A DNA stretch of 64,000 bases from Thermoplasmata archaeon (GCA_030038095.1 JASHPK010000010.1:2309-66308); one strand, 5' to 3'; counted from the first letter of the stretch, positions 36,495-46,579 are shown. The notes: a model not told the origin generated them from the sequence alone. Numbers and translations are program-made.

Positions 36495-37430
36495 TCACGG
36501 CGCCCCGAGGCCCGTCGCCGCGACGCGGACCGTGCTGAGGTACTCGCACGCCCGACAGAGCTCGTGGGTCGACGGGTCCCCGCAGGCGCGGCAGCGGGCC
36601 GGCGCCCCGGCGTCCTCGTCGCGCAGGAGCCGTTCCACGAGTCGCTCGTGGGTGCGCAGGAGGGACTGCCGGGTCCCGGGCAGGGCCTCCTCGAGTTCCC
36701 AGACGACCGAGCGGAAGAGGTTCCGGGACGCCCCAGCGGCGTGCGGGCATTCCCCATGATCGAACGGAAGCCCATGGAGCCGGGCGTAGAGGTACACCTC
36801 GCGCTCCGGCACGAGGGCGAGCGGGGCGATCCGCGGGACGAGACCCGGCTGGCGGACCCGGTGCGGGGCCATGCGCGCGAGGTGTTCGAGATCGCCCCGG
36901 ACGAGATTCATCAGGATCGTCTGGGCGAGGTCGTCGAGGTTGAAGCCGAGGACGAGCGCGTCGGCGCCCTCGCGTCGGGCGGCGCGGTTGAGGAGCTGGC
37001 GGCGCCACACGCCGCAGAAGGAGCACGGGACCGTGTCGGGCAGCTCCGCGACGGCGAGGTCGGTCGTGGTGCCGAGCTCGTCCCCGGCGCTCACCACCAC
37101 GTGGGGCACCCCGAGCCGTTCAGTCAGCTCCCGCGCCGCCCGGAGGGTACCTTCCCGGTACCCGGCGATCCCTTCATCGACGCTCACCGCCACCACTCGC
37201 ACGGTGGGCCGTCGTCCGAAGTAGCGGTGGGCGAGGACGAGCGCCACGCTCGAGTCCTTCCCGCCCGAGAGGGCCACCGCGACGGTCCCCGCGGAGAACC
37301 GGGGCAGCTGGCGGTGGATCTCGCGTCGCACCCGCTCCTCGACGGACCGAGAGAAGTGCGGGCCGCAGAGATGCGTCCCCCGATACGGCTGGTCGATGAG
37401 GGCCGGGGCATCGCAGCTCGCGCAGCGCAC
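36495..37430 (-). CDS. TtuA/NcsA-family PP-loop tRNA 2-thiolation enzyme with N- and C-terminal zinc ribbons
   Basis: PP-loop SGGKDS, Fe-S/active-site cysteines in PCSFCGVWRRQ, N-terminal CxxC...C..H and C-terminal CRACG...CRAC zinc fingers. GTG start at VRCASC; the TTG at 37442 is an alternative. Confidence 0.8.
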   Translation of the reverse strand: MRCASCDAPALIDQPYRGTHLCGPHFSRSVEERVRREIHRQLPRFSAGTVAVALSGGKDSSVALVLAHRYFGRRPTVRVVAVSVDEGIAGYREGTLRAARELTERLGVPHVVVSAGDELGTTTDLAVAELPDTVPCSFCGVWRRQLLNRAARREGADALVLGFNLDDLAQTILMNLVRGDLEHLARMAPHRVRQPGLVPRIAPLALVPEREVYLYARLHGLPFDHGECPHAAGASRNLFRSVVWELEEALPGTRQSLLRTHERLVERLLRDEDAGAPARCRACGDPSTHELCRACEYLSTVRVAATGLGAP

Positions 37431-37529
37431 GGATTTCGTCAACGGAGGGCCGTATTTGAGTACGGACGGCGACCCGCGGTTCCACTGGGGCCATACGATT
37501 ATAGGGCGAACCCCGGGAATCGAAGCGCG

Positions 37530-38450
37530 ATGGCTTCCTCCGAGCGGTTCCCGCGCGCTTCCGCGCTCCCTCGGCGCTCGCGGGAGGGCGGGACGTCGCC
37601 GGCGCCGGGGAACGGCGGGTCGTTCGACGCGCTCGAGCTCGTGGGGCGCTTCCAGCGGATGCTCCAGGCCCAGGAGCGCAGCCCCTGCACGGTCAAGCAG
37701 TACGGTCACATCGCGCGCACGTTCCTCCACTTCGCCCACAAGCCGCTCGACGAGGTGACCCTGCGGGACCTCGAGTCGTATCGCGAGTACCTCGTCCTTC
37801 AACGACACTACTCGAAGAACTCGGTCTACACGACCGTACGGGGCCTCACGTGTCTCTTTCGCAGCTTCGGACTCTCCGTGGCCGACCAGCTGGAGCCGCC
37901 CCGACGACCCGAGCGCCTGCCCCGATACCTCACCGAGGAGGAGATGCACCGGCTCTTCGAGGTGGTGAAGGCCTCGCCGCGCGACAGCGCGATCGTCCAC
38001 GTGCTCGCCTTCGCGGGCCTACGGGTCGGGGAGCTGTGCCACCTGCAGCTCGAGGACATCGAGTTCGAGCGGAACATCCTGCACGTCCGCTCCGGCAAGG
38101 GGGACAAGGATCGGGAGGTGGTGATCGAGGACCGGACGCGGGCCGCGATCGACCGGTACCTCACCGAACGTACGCTCGCGGGCGCGTCGAGCCCCCGGCT
38201 CTTCCCGGTCGGGCCGGTCACGGTCGAACGCATCGTCCGACGCGCCGCGTCGGCCGCCGAGATTCCCCGCCGGGTGACGCCGCACATGCTCCGGCACACG
38301 CTTGCTACCGCGCTCCTCTCCCGCGGCTGCGACATCCGGTACATCCAGAAGCTCCTCGGTCACGCCTCGGTCGCGACGACCCAGATCTACACGCACGTCG
38401 ACACCCAGGCGCTCCGCGACGCCTACCAGCGCTCGAAGCCGCAGTATTAA
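37530..38450 (+). CDS. xerA: Tyrosine recombinase XerA/XerC/XerD family
   Basis: Catalytic signature residues are present (GLRVGELCHLQ, HMLRHTLATALL, LLGHASVATTQIYTHV). The N-terminal SAM-like core-binding domain is also present. Confidence 0.8.
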   Translation: MASSERFPRASALPRRSREGGTSPAPGNGGSFDALELVGRFQRMLQAQERSPCTVKQYGHIARTFLHFAHKPLDEVTLRDLESYREYLVLQRHYSKNSVYTTVRGLTCLFRSFGLSVADQLEPPRRPERLPRYLTEEEMHRLFEVVKASPRDSAIVHVLAFAGLRVGELCHLQLEDIEFERNILHVRSGKGDKDREVVIEDRTRAAIDRYLTERTLAGASSPRLFPVGPVTVERIVRRAASAAEIPRRVTPHMLRHTLATALLSRGCDIRYIQKLLGHASVATTQIYTHVDTQALRDAYQRSKPQY

Positions 38451-38472
38451 GCCCCGGGCGCTCGGACCCGCT

Positions 38473-39675
38473 GTGACGGCGGCGGATCGGGCCGAGATCG
38501 TGATCCTGGGCGCCGGCATCGCGGGGAGCGCCCTCGCCCACCACCTGGCCGGCCGCCACGCCGGACCGATCGTCGTCTACGATCCCGCGACCCCCGGCGC
38601 GGGGGCCACGGGCCGGGCGGCGGGGATCGTCACCGAGCAGCTCTGGGACCGATGGGACGTCGAGGTCACCCGCGCTTCGAAGGCCGAATATGCGGCGCTC
38701 GCGCTCCGCTGGGACCCGAGCGTCTACGCCGTGAACGGCTTCGCGCGGTGGACGCGGGATCCGGCCGCGGCGGACGCGGTCGCGCCCGCGATCGAGCGCT
38801 TGAGGGCCTGGGGAGTACACGTCGAGCCGATCGATCCAGCGGGCCTCGAGCGACGGGTCCCGGCGGGCCGGTTCCCCGACGTCCGCGCCGCGATGTGGGG
38901 GCCGGACGACTCCGTGGTGACCCCGAGCGCCATGAACGAGATCTACGCGGAGAGCGCGCGCCGTGCCGGAGTCGACTTCGAGCTGGGCCTCCCCTTCAAG
39001 CGGTTCCATCGAACCGACGGGGCGTGGGAGCTCGAGACCGCGTCGCGGCGGATCCGGTCCCCTCGAGCGGTGCTCGCCGCGGGGGCTTGGTCGAAGCGGC
39101 TCGCGAACGGGGCCGGCCATCCGCTGCCCCTCGTCCCGTACCGCACGCAGGCGGCCGTGCTCCGCCCCTCCCCTCCCGAACCCGCGACGTTGCCCTCCGT
39201 GCACGACATCGACCTCGACGTCTACGTGCGGCCGGAGTCGAACGGCCGGATCCTCGCGGGCGACGGCACCGAGCGGGTCGAAGCCGACCCCGAGACCTTC
39301 CGCCCGGGCGGGGACGAGGCGTTCGTCGGGCACCTCGCGGAGAGCTTCGCCTCGCGGTTCCCCGGCTGGTCGGAGGCGGAGATGGTCCGCGCGTGGGCAG
39401 GGGTCTGCACGGCGACCCCCGATCGGCGCGCGCTCGTCGGCCCCGTCCCGGGGGCGGAGGGCCTCCACGCGATTACCGGTTTCAACGGATTCGGCGTGAT
39501 GCGGGCGGGCGGCGTCTCGGCGCGCCTCGCCGAGGTGCTCTCGGCGGGAGAGGGCGATCCGAGCGCGGAGCGGCTCTTGGGCCCGGTCCTGCCGGGGCGC
39601 TTCGCCGGGGCTCCCGGGCCGTTCCTCCCTCGCCCCGGCTTCACCCTCGAGGCGGGCGATGACCCTCGTTTCTGA
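38473..39675 (+). CDS. FAD-dependent oxidoreductase (DAO family; glycine/sarcosine-oxidase-like)
   Basis: GxGxxG motif (EIVILGAGIAGSALAHHLAG) and a C-terminal HAITGFNGFGVM motif. The GTG start follows the xerA stop. Confidence 0.75.
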   Translation: MTAADRAEIVILGAGIAGSALAHHLAGRHAGPIVVYDPATPGAGATGRAAGIVTEQLWDRWDVEVTRASKAEYAALALRWDPSVYAVNGFARWTRDPAAADAVAPAIERLRAWGVHVEPIDPAGLERRVPAGRFPDVRAAMWGPDDSVVTPSAMNEIYAESARRAGVDFELGLPFKRFHRTDGAWELETASRRIRSPRAVLAAGAWSKRLANGAGHPLPLVPYRTQAAVLRPSPPEPATLPSVHDIDLDVYVRPESNGRILAGDGTERVEADPETFRPGGDEAFVGHLAESFASRFPGWSEAEMVRAWAGVCTATPDRRALVGPVPGAEGLHAITGFNGFGVMRAGGVSARLAEVLSAGEGDPSAERLLGPVLPGRFAGAPGPFLPRPGFTLEAGDDPRF

Positions 39676-40969
39676 CGCCCGCGCGATCGCGGTCGCCGGC
39701 GTACACGCGGCCGATCCCGCGAGGGCGGTCCGATCGTGTCTTCGCCGCGTCGGGGGCCAGCTCGAGCTCCGGGGCCGGCCGGTCGCGCCCGCGGTGCGGG
39801 GCCAGCTCCACCTCATCGCGATCGGCAAGGCAGGAGCCGCCCTCTTCGAGGCGGCCGCCGCGGTCGTGAGCTCCGACCCGCCGGGCCTCGTGATCACGCC
39901 CCGGGGGTACCCGGCACCTCGCGCGCGCCGGACGGCGGTCCATGGCGACCACCCGGTCCCGGGACCGGCGAGCTTTCGGGCGGGACGGCGGCTGCTCGAG
40001 TACGTCCGGGAGATCCCGGAGACGGACTCCGTCCTGTACCTGCTCTCGGGCGGAGGCTCGGCCGTCGCGGAGGTTCCCGCCGGCGGGCTCGCGCCGGAGG
40101 AGATCACCGCGACGACCCGAGAGCTGCTCGCGTCGGGCGCCGCGATCGGAGAGATGAACGCGATCCGCCGGCACCTCTCCGCGATCAAGGGCGGCCAGCT
40201 CGCTCTCGCGAGCGACGTCCGGTGGTTCGGAACGATCGCGATCAGCGATGTGGTGGGCGACCCGCCCGCGGACATCGCCTCCGGGCCGACGGTGGCGGAC
40301 CCGAGCACCTTTGCGGACGCGCTCCGGGTGGTCGAGGCCCGGCGGCTGCGACCTCGTCTCCCGCCCCGGGTGGTGCGGCATCTCGAGGCCGGGCGCCGGG
40401 GCGAGGTGCCCGAGACCCCGAAACCCCCCGACCCCCGGCTCCGGCGCGCCCCATTCGTCATTGCCGCATCGAACCGCATCGCGCTCCGGGCGGCGGCCCA
40501 GGCGGCGTTCCGACGGGGGTACTCGGTTCGTCTCGGCTCGAGCCGGATGACAGGAGAGACGCGGCCGGTCGCGGAGCGGTTCGCCCGGGTCCTCGTCGGC
40601 CGTCGGTCCGCCCGATCCTTCGCCCTGCTCGGCGGTGGCGAGACCACGGTCACGTTGGGCCGCCGGGCGGGGCGAGGGGGCCGGAACCAGGAGTTTGCGC
40701 TCGCGGCCGTGCCGATCCTCGAGGGACGCGAGGCGGTGGTGCTCTCGATCGGGACCGACGGCATCGACGGCCCGACGGACGCGGCCGGCGGCTGGGCCGA
40801 CGGCCGATCGGCCGTTCGGGCCCGTGCGCTCGGGGTCGACGTCCGGCGCAGCCTCGATCGCCACGCGAGCTACGCGGCGCTCGCTCGGCTGCGGACGCTC
40901 CTACGGACGGGACCGACCGGCACGAACGTGATGGATCTGCACGTCGGCCTCGCGAAGGGTCGGGGCTAG
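39659..40969 (+). CDS. Glycerate 2-kinase (MOFRL family)
   Basis: DUF4147 N-domain (HLIAIGKAG, YLLSGGGSA) and the MOFRL C-domain (SIGTDGIDGPTDAAGG). Confidence 0.8.
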   Translation: MTLVSDARAIAVAGVHAADPARAVRSCLRRVGGQLELRGRPVAPAVRGQLHLIAIGKAGAALFEAAAAVVSSDPPGLVITPRGYPAPRARRTAVHGDHPVPGPASFRAGRRLLEYVREIPETDSVLYLLSGGGSAVAEVPAGGLAPEEITATTRELLASGAAIGEMNAIRRHLSAIKGGQLALASDVRWFGTIAISDVVGDPPADIASGPTVADPSTFADALRVVEARRLRPRLPPRVVRHLEAGRRGEVPETPKPPDPRLRRAPFVIAASNRIALRAAAQAAFRRGYSVRLGSSRMTGETRPVAERFARVLVGRRSARSFALLGGGETTVTLGRRAGRGGRNQEFALAAVPILEGREAVVLSIGTDGIDGPTDAAGGWADGRSAVRARALGVDVRRSLDRHASYAALARLRTLLRTGPTGTNVMDLHVGLAKGRG

Positions 40970-42492
40970 TCCCGGTAGGGAAGGAAGTAGTCCGCCCGGT
41001 GGGGCTCCTTCCAGTCGACGTAGACCGTCTTCATCTGCAGATAGTCCCGCACGCCCCAGACCGTCCCTTCCCCCCCGAGGCCGCTCTGGCGGAAGCCGGC
41101 ATGGTATCCCTGGGGCGTCTCGGGACCGACGCGGTTGACGTAGGTCTCCCCGAACTTGAGCTCCCGGATCGCGCGCTCCGCGAGGGAGAGGTCGCGCGTG
41201 AAGACGTAGCTCGAAAGCCCGTAGCGGCTCTCGTTCGCCCGGGCGATCGCCTCGCCCCACTCATCGTACGTGAGGATCGGCAGTACGGGACCGAACACCT
41301 CCTCCACCGCCACGGGGTTCTCATCCCGGACCGAGTCCAGGAGGGTGGGGAGGTAGAACGCGCCGTGCGCGAGCGCCGGATCTTCGGGCGCCTTCCCGCC
41401 GACGACGACGCGGGCGCCGTCCGCCACGGCCCGGTCGACGTCGGCCGCGACCGAGTCCCGGGCGGAGGGGGAGTAGAGGGGCCCGAGGTCCACCCCGGTC
41501 CTCAAGCCGGGGCCGACGCGCAGGCCCCGCACGAGGGGCTCGAGCCGCTCGACGAACTTCGGCGCGATCGACCGATCGACGTAGCAACGCTCCGCCGCGA
41601 TGCACGCCTGTCCCGCGTTCCAGAACCGGGCCCAGACGGTCGCGCGGGCGGCCCAATCGAGGTCGGCGTCCCGGTGGACGAGGACCGGGGCCTTCCCGCC
41701 GAGTTCGAGGAGGCATTTCACGACCCCGGGCGCCGCGAGCCGGAGGACCTCGATCCCGCTGGCCGTCGAACCGGTGAGCGTCACGGTCGAGCACTTCGGG
41801 TGCTGGATGAGGGCCGGCCCGAGCTCGGCGCCCCCCCCGGGAACGACGTTGAGCACCCCGGGGGGAAGACCGGCGTCCCGCAGGGCCTCGGCGATGAGGA
41901 GCGAGGAGAGCGGGGTGGCGCTCGACGGCTTCAGGACCATCGTGTTCCCGCCGAGGAGGGCGGGGGCGATCTTCCGGGTCACCGTGGCGGCGGGAAAGTT
42001 CCAGGGCGTGATCGCGACGACGACGCCCCGGGGCACCCAGACGAGGCGCATCGTCTCGCCGGCGGGGAGTCCGGCGACCTCCTCGCCCGTGAGGGTGCGC
42101 GCGAACGCCGGATAGTACTCGAGATTGTCGATCGCCCCGGCGACCTCGCTGCGGCTCTCGAGTAGGACCTTCCCCATCTCCCGGGTGACCAGGCGGGCGA
42201 GCTCCTCGGAACGGGCGCGGAGCCGTTCTGCCGCCGAGAGCAGGATCCTCCCGCGGGCGGCGGCTCCGATCGCCTCCCAGCCGGGCTGGGCGCGCGCCGC
42301 CGAGTCGATCGCCGCGCGCGCGTCCTCCTTCGTCCCCCGCCCGACCCGGGCGACGAGGGAACCGTCGGAGGGGTCGAGGACGTCGAACGTGGCGCGCGCC
42401 TCGGTCGGAACGTACCGGTTGTCGAGGAAAGGTCCCGGGGCCGTCGAGCCGCTCATCGCGCGCGGCTCCTCGGTCGGGGGACGGTCGGGCAT
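40966..42492 (-). CDS. NAD(P)-dependent aldehyde dehydrogenase
   Basis: ALDH glutamate and cysteine active-site motifs (LELGGKAP, FWNAGQACIAAER). The substrate is not inferable. Glyceraldehyde or 2-oxoglutarate semialdehyde are both plausible from the context. Confidence 0.85.
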   Translation of the reverse strand: MPDRPPTEEPRAMSGSTAPGPFLDNRYVPTEARATFDVLDPSDGSLVARVGRGTKEDARAAIDSAARAQPGWEAIGAAARGRILLSAAERLRARSEELARLVTREMGKVLLESRSEVAGAIDNLEYYPAFARTLTGEEVAGLPAGETMRLVWVPRGVVVAITPWNFPAATVTRKIAPALLGGNTMVLKPSSATPLSSLLIAEALRDAGLPPGVLNVVPGGGAELGPALIQHPKCSTVTLTGSTASGIEVLRLAAPGVVKCLLELGGKAPVLVHRDADLDWAARATVWARFWNAGQACIAAERCYVDRSIAPKFVERLEPLVRGLRVGPGLRTGVDLGPLYSPSARDSVAADVDRAVADGARVVVGGKAPEDPALAHGAFYLPTLLDSVRDENPVAVEEVFGPVLPILTYDEWGEAIARANESRYGLSSYVFTRDLSLAERAIRELKFGETYVNRVGPETPQGYHAGFRQSGLGGEGTVWGVRDYLQMKTVYVDWKEPHRADYFLPYRD

Positions 42493-42499
42493 GGGACGA

Positions 42500-43408
42500 T
42501 CACTCCAGACGTCGCACCCGCTCGAGCTTCTCGAGGAACTCGACGCCCTCGCCCGACGTCATGCGCTTCCCGTCGTCCCGGGTGAGCGGGAGGCCGGCGA
42601 GCGCGCAGGCGACCTCGGGCGTCTGGCCCTCGAGGAGCGCGCGGAACGCCCGCTGCTCCCGCCGGCCGAGCGACAGGCTCTCCAGCATGAACTCGTCGAA
42701 CGCCTCGAAGGCCACCGGTGCGACGACGCGCGCGAGACGCGCCACCTCGGCCGCGTAGAGCCGGATCTCTTCCTGGGCGTGCGCGTCGAGCCGCAGGGAC
42801 AGGAAGTGGAACAGGTTCCACAGATTGATCTTCCAGTACCACTGCGTGTAGTACGCCACCGGGAGCACGAGGCGAGCCGTCTCCCGGGCCACGCCGGCCT
42901 CGAGGGCGCTCGTGTAGGCCTCGTACGCCTCCTTCGAGACCCGCTCGAGGTCGGCGCGGAACCGCTCGGCGGTCTCCTTCGGCAGCGCTCCGCCCCGGCC
43001 CTGGCGGTTCCGCGATGACTGGAGCCGCACCTCATCGGCCGGAGGGACCTCGAACTCGTCCGGGACGACGCTGTAGCGCGCGGAGTACTCGTTCAGCGAC
43101 GCCGCGCGGTGGCGCACCCACTGGCGCGCCACGAAGATCGGGAGCCGGACGAGGAACTTGTACTCCACCATCTCGAACGGCGTCGTGTGACGGTGGCGCA
43201 TCAGGTAGCGGACGAGCCCCCGATCGTCGCGCAGGGTCTTCGTGCCGCGCCCGTAGGAGACGCGAGCCGCCTGCACGATGGCCGCGTCGTTCCCCATGTA
43301 GTCCACGAGCACGACGTAGCCGTGCTGGAGGACGGGATGCTTCTGCCCGATGAGGCCGTCGGCCTCCGGGACCGTGGGACGGACCATCGGCGCGTCCTCG
43401 TCGGGCAC
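42500..43408 (-). CDS. thyX: Flavin-dependent thymidylate synthase ThyX
   Basis: ThyX motif RHRxxSxNExSxRY is present (RHRAASLNEYSARY). Confidence 0.9.
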   Translation of the reverse strand: MPDEDAPMVRPTVPEADGLIGQKHPVLQHGYVVLVDYMGNDAAIVQAARVSYGRGTKTLRDDRGLVRYLMRHRHTTPFEMVEYKFLVRLPIFVARQWVRHRAASLNEYSARYSVVPDEFEVPPADEVRLQSSRNRQGRGGALPKETAERFRADLERVSKEAYEAYTSALEAGVARETARLVLPVAYYTQWYWKINLWNLFHFLSLRLDAHAQEEIRLYAAEVARLARVVAPVAFEAFDEFMLESLSLGRREQRAFRALLEGQTPEVACALAGLPLTRDDGKRMTSGEGVEFLEKLERVRRLE

Positions 43409-43512
43409 GCCGGCCCGACCGCCCGCGAGCCCTAAAAGGCGCCGGTCGCCCCCGGGCGCCCCGGAAAGGGTATAGCCCCCGACCGGGCTCGAACGGAGGG
43501 GAGGAAGGCGGC

Positions 43513-45777
43513 TTGGCCCGGGTGTTCATCGGAGTCGCGTGGCCGTACGCGAACGGCCCGTTCCACATCGGCCATCTCGCGGGCGCGTACCTGCCCGGGG
43601 ACATCTTCGCCAAGTACCACCGTCTCGCGGGGGACGAGGTCCTTCTCGTCTCGGGCTCGGACATGCACGGCACCCCGATCCTCGTGACCGCGGAGCAGGA
43701 GGGCGCGAGCCCCGCGGAGATCGCGGCCCGCTACCACGCGGTGAACCGCGACGCGTTCGTCCGGCTCGGCTTCTCGTTCGATCTCTTCACCCACACCCAC
43801 ACGATCGAGCACGAGCGCACCGTCCAAGAGCTGTTCCTCGCGCTCCTCGAGCACGGGTTCATCGCGCGTCGGACCGAGGCGGGACCGTACTGTCCGAAGC
43901 ACCAGCGCTTCCTGCCGGACCGCTACCTCGTCGGCACCTGCCCGCACTGCGGGTTCGAGCAGGCCCGGGGCGATGAGTGCGATCGGTGCGGGCGGCCCCT
44001 CGAGCCGAAGGAGCTCGGTGCGCCGCGGTGCGCGCTCTGCGGGACCCCCGCCGAGTTCCGCCCCTCCGAGCACTTCTACCTCTCCCTCGACCGGCTCCAG
44101 GGGCGGCTCACCGAGTTCCTCGAGCGGCAGACGCACTGGCGACCGGGGACGCTCAAGGTCGCCCAGAACTTCCTCGCGGAGGGGCTCCATCCCACCGCGA
44201 TCACGAGGGACCTCGACTGGGGGATCCCGCTCCCCCTCGACGGGTACCCCGCGAAGCGGTTCTATGTCTGGTTCGACGCGGTCATCGGATATCTCTCCGC
44301 CTCGAAGGAGTGGGCGGTCCGGGCCGGCCGACCGGAGGCCTGGCACCGGTACTGGGACCCGAGGGAGCCCGCGCGCCACTACTACTTCGTGGGCAAGGAC
44401 AACAAGTTCCACCACACGATCGTCTGGCCCGGGATCCTGCTCGGGGTCGGGGACCTTCACCTTCCGTACGACGTCCCGGCGAACGAGTGGCTCCGCGTCG
44501 ACGGCGAGAAGGTATCGAAGTCACGGTCGAAGCAGGCGGACGTCTTCATCCCGTCGCTGCTCGAGCACTACGCCCCCGACGTCATTCGCTTCTACGGCGC
44601 CCTCCTGGCCCCTCAGAACCACGACACCGAGCTCGACCTGGATGAGTTCGAGAAGTTGCGCACCGAGGTCCTGGCGAACCAGTACGGCAACCTCGTCCAG
44701 CGCACCCTGGTGCTCGCGCGCGACCGCTATGAGGGCCGGATCCCAGACCCCGGGGCTTCCGGCCCCGCGGAGAGTTCGAGCGGGATCGCCGACCGGATCG
44801 GGAGCGCGCACCGGCGGATCACGGAGGAGTACGAACGGGTCCACCTCAAGGAGGCGCTCGATCTCGCCCTCGAGGAAGTGCGCGACGCCAACCGGCGCTT
44901 CCACGAGGCCCGGCCGTGGCAGGCTCCGGAGCCGGAACGCACCCGGATCGTCTACGAGAACCTCTGGCGCCTGAAGGCGATCGCCACCTGGCTCTCCCCG
45001 GTGCTCCCGTTCTCGAGCGCCGAGGTTTATCGCATGCTCGGATTTCCGGACCCGCCGGGACCGGGGGACTGGGATCGCGTCCGGGAGCCGCCGCCGGTCG
45101 GCCAACGCCTCGGAGAGGTACGTCCCCTCTTCCCGCGGGAGGCGACCCCGTCGGGGCCGCCCTCGTCTTCCGGTCCGGGGGCGGGTTCGCCCGCCGCGGG
45201 CCCTGTGCCCCTCGCGATACGGTCCGGCGTCGTGCGGGGGGTCGCGAACCATCCCTCGGCCGACAAGCTGTTCGTCCTCACGGTCGATGTCGGCGAGGCG
45301 CGACCCCGGACGGTCGTCGCCGGTCTCAAGGGATCGTACGCCGCGGAGGACCTGGTCGGGCGGCGCGTGGTGCTCCTCACCAATCTCGCGCCGCGAACGA
45401 TCCGCCGCGTGACCTCGCAGGGGATGATCCTCGCCGCGGAGAACGGGGACCGCGCGATCGTCCTCGAGCCGCCGGAGGGAGTCGCGTCCGGCACGTTCCT
45501 GGAAGGTTCCAGCGCCAACGACCGGGAGATCTCCTACGACGAGTTCGCGTCGGTCCGGCTCGAGGTCGGACGCGTGATCGACCCGGTCCCGGAGGGCCGG
45601 GCCTCGGTCGACGTCGGCCACGGGAGGGTCACGGTCGCCGGGCCGTGGACCCGGGGAGCGATCGTCGTGGTCCGCCGGGACCCCGCCGAGACGGACTCCG
45701 GGTCGTGGCTCGGCTTCGGCCCGGGAGCGCCCGTCCGTCCCGCGAGCGAGGTCCCGGTAGGGGCGAAGGTACGATGA
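43513..45777 (+). CDS. metG: Methionyl-tRNA synthetase with C-terminal EMAP/tRNA-binding domain
   Basis: HIGH (PYANGPFHIGHLAG) and KMSKS (KVSKSRS) motifs, a zinc knuckle (CPHCG...CDRCG), and a C-terminal Myf domain (VDVGEARPRTVVAGL). Confidence 0.92.
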   Translation: MARVFIGVAWPYANGPFHIGHLAGAYLPGDIFAKYHRLAGDEVLLVSGSDMHGTPILVTAEQEGASPAEIAARYHAVNRDAFVRLGFSFDLFTHTHTIEHERTVQELFLALLEHGFIARRTEAGPYCPKHQRFLPDRYLVGTCPHCGFEQARGDECDRCGRPLEPKELGAPRCALCGTPAEFRPSEHFYLSLDRLQGRLTEFLERQTHWRPGTLKVAQNFLAEGLHPTAITRDLDWGIPLPLDGYPAKRFYVWFDAVIGYLSASKEWAVRAGRPEAWHRYWDPREPARHYYFVGKDNKFHHTIVWPGILLGVGDLHLPYDVPANEWLRVDGEKVSKSRSKQADVFIPSLLEHYAPDVIRFYGALLAPQNHDTELDLDEFEKLRTEVLANQYGNLVQRTLVLARDRYEGRIPDPGASGPAESSSGIADRIGSAHRRITEEYERVHLKEALDLALEEVRDANRRFHEARPWQAPEPERTRIVYENLWRLKAIATWLSPVLPFSSAEVYRMLGFPDPPGPGDWDRVREPPPVGQRLGEVRPLFPREATPSGPPSSSGPGAGSPAAGPVPLAIRSGVVRGVANHPSADKLFVLTVDVGEARPRTVVAGLKGSYAAEDLVGRRVVLLTNLAPRTIRRVTSQGMILAAENGDRAIVLEPPEGVASGTFLEGSSANDREISYDEFASVRLEVGRVIDPVPEGRASVDVGHGRVTVAGPWTRGAIVVVRRDPAETDSGSWLGFGPGAPVRPASEVPVGAKVR

Positions 45778-46454
45778 CCGAATTCCTCCGGCTGGACCTG
45801 CATGTCCACTCCTCCCGCTCTCCGGATTCCCGCCTCTCGCTCGAAGCGATCGTGGCTCAGCTCCCGTACGCGGGCCTCAAGGGGTTCGCCCTCACGGACC
45901 ACAACACCGTGAGCGGCCTTCGGGAGCTCGGGGCCCTGCGGGATCGACAGCCGAACCTCCTCCTCATCCCGGGCGTCGAGGTCTCCACCCGGGAGGGTCA
46001 TCTGCTCGCCTACGGGGTCTCCGAGTGCCCCCCTCCGCATCGGCCGGTGCTCGAGACCCTCGATTGGGTCCGGGACCACGGCGGGGAGCCCGTTCTCGCG
46101 CACCCGTTCCGGCTCAACCACGGCGTCGGGCGCCGGGTCGCGAGCGAAGCCCCGGTCCACACGATCGAGGTCCGCAACGGCCACAACTCCGAGCTGCAGA
46201 ACCTCAAGGCAGAGCTCCTCGCGGCCCGGCGGTCCCTCGGCGCGACCGGGGGGAGCGACGTGCACGAGCTGCGGGATCTCGGTCGGGCCTTCACCGAGTT
46301 CCCGGACGAGGTGAGAAGCGTCGATGACGTCCTCGAGCGGCTGCGTCGGGGGGTCAGCTCGGCCGGCGGCAATTCCCTCCCGTTCGCCGGTCGGTTGCGC
46401 CTCAGCCTCCGGACGGGTCTGCTCCGCCTGGGCCGGGGCCTCCGTCCCATCTAG
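45774..46454 (+). CDS. PHP-domain (polymerase/histidinol phosphatase) family phosphoesterase
   Basis: DLHVHSSRS N-terminus and GGSDVH metal ligand. The ATG overlaps the metG stop. Confidence 0.7.
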   Translation: MTEFLRLDLHVHSSRSPDSRLSLEAIVAQLPYAGLKGFALTDHNTVSGLRELGALRDRQPNLLLIPGVEVSTREGHLLAYGVSECPPPHRPVLETLDWVRDHGGEPVLAHPFRLNHGVGRRVASEAPVHTIEVRNGHNSELQNLKAELLAARRSLGATGGSDVHELRDLGRAFTEFPDEVRSVDDVLERLRRGVSSAGGNSLPFAGRLRLSLRTGLLRLGRGLRPI

Positions 46455-46506
46455 GCCCGCCTCCCGACCCGAGGGCTTTAAACCGGTCGCTCCTGCCCCC
46501 CTCCGC

Positions 46507-46579
46507 GCCGAGGTGGCAGAATGGTTAATGCGTCGGACTGCAGATCCGATTCCTGGGGGTTCGATTCCCTCCCTCGGCT
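46507..46579 (+). tRNA. tRNA-Cys (anticodon GCA), 73 nt, no encoded CCA
   Basis: GCCGAGG acceptor stem pairs with CCTCGGC. The anticodon stem is TCGGA/TCCGA with loop CT-GCA-GA. The T-arm is GGGGGTTCGATTCCCTC. Discriminator is U. Confidence 0.85.

Noticed and set aside
38305-40764. 819-aa minus ORF, plus the 809-aa + ORF 39736..42165
   Set aside because: They are antisense or off-frame to the FAD oxidoreductase, glycerate kinase and ALDH. Pro/Arg/Gly-rich.
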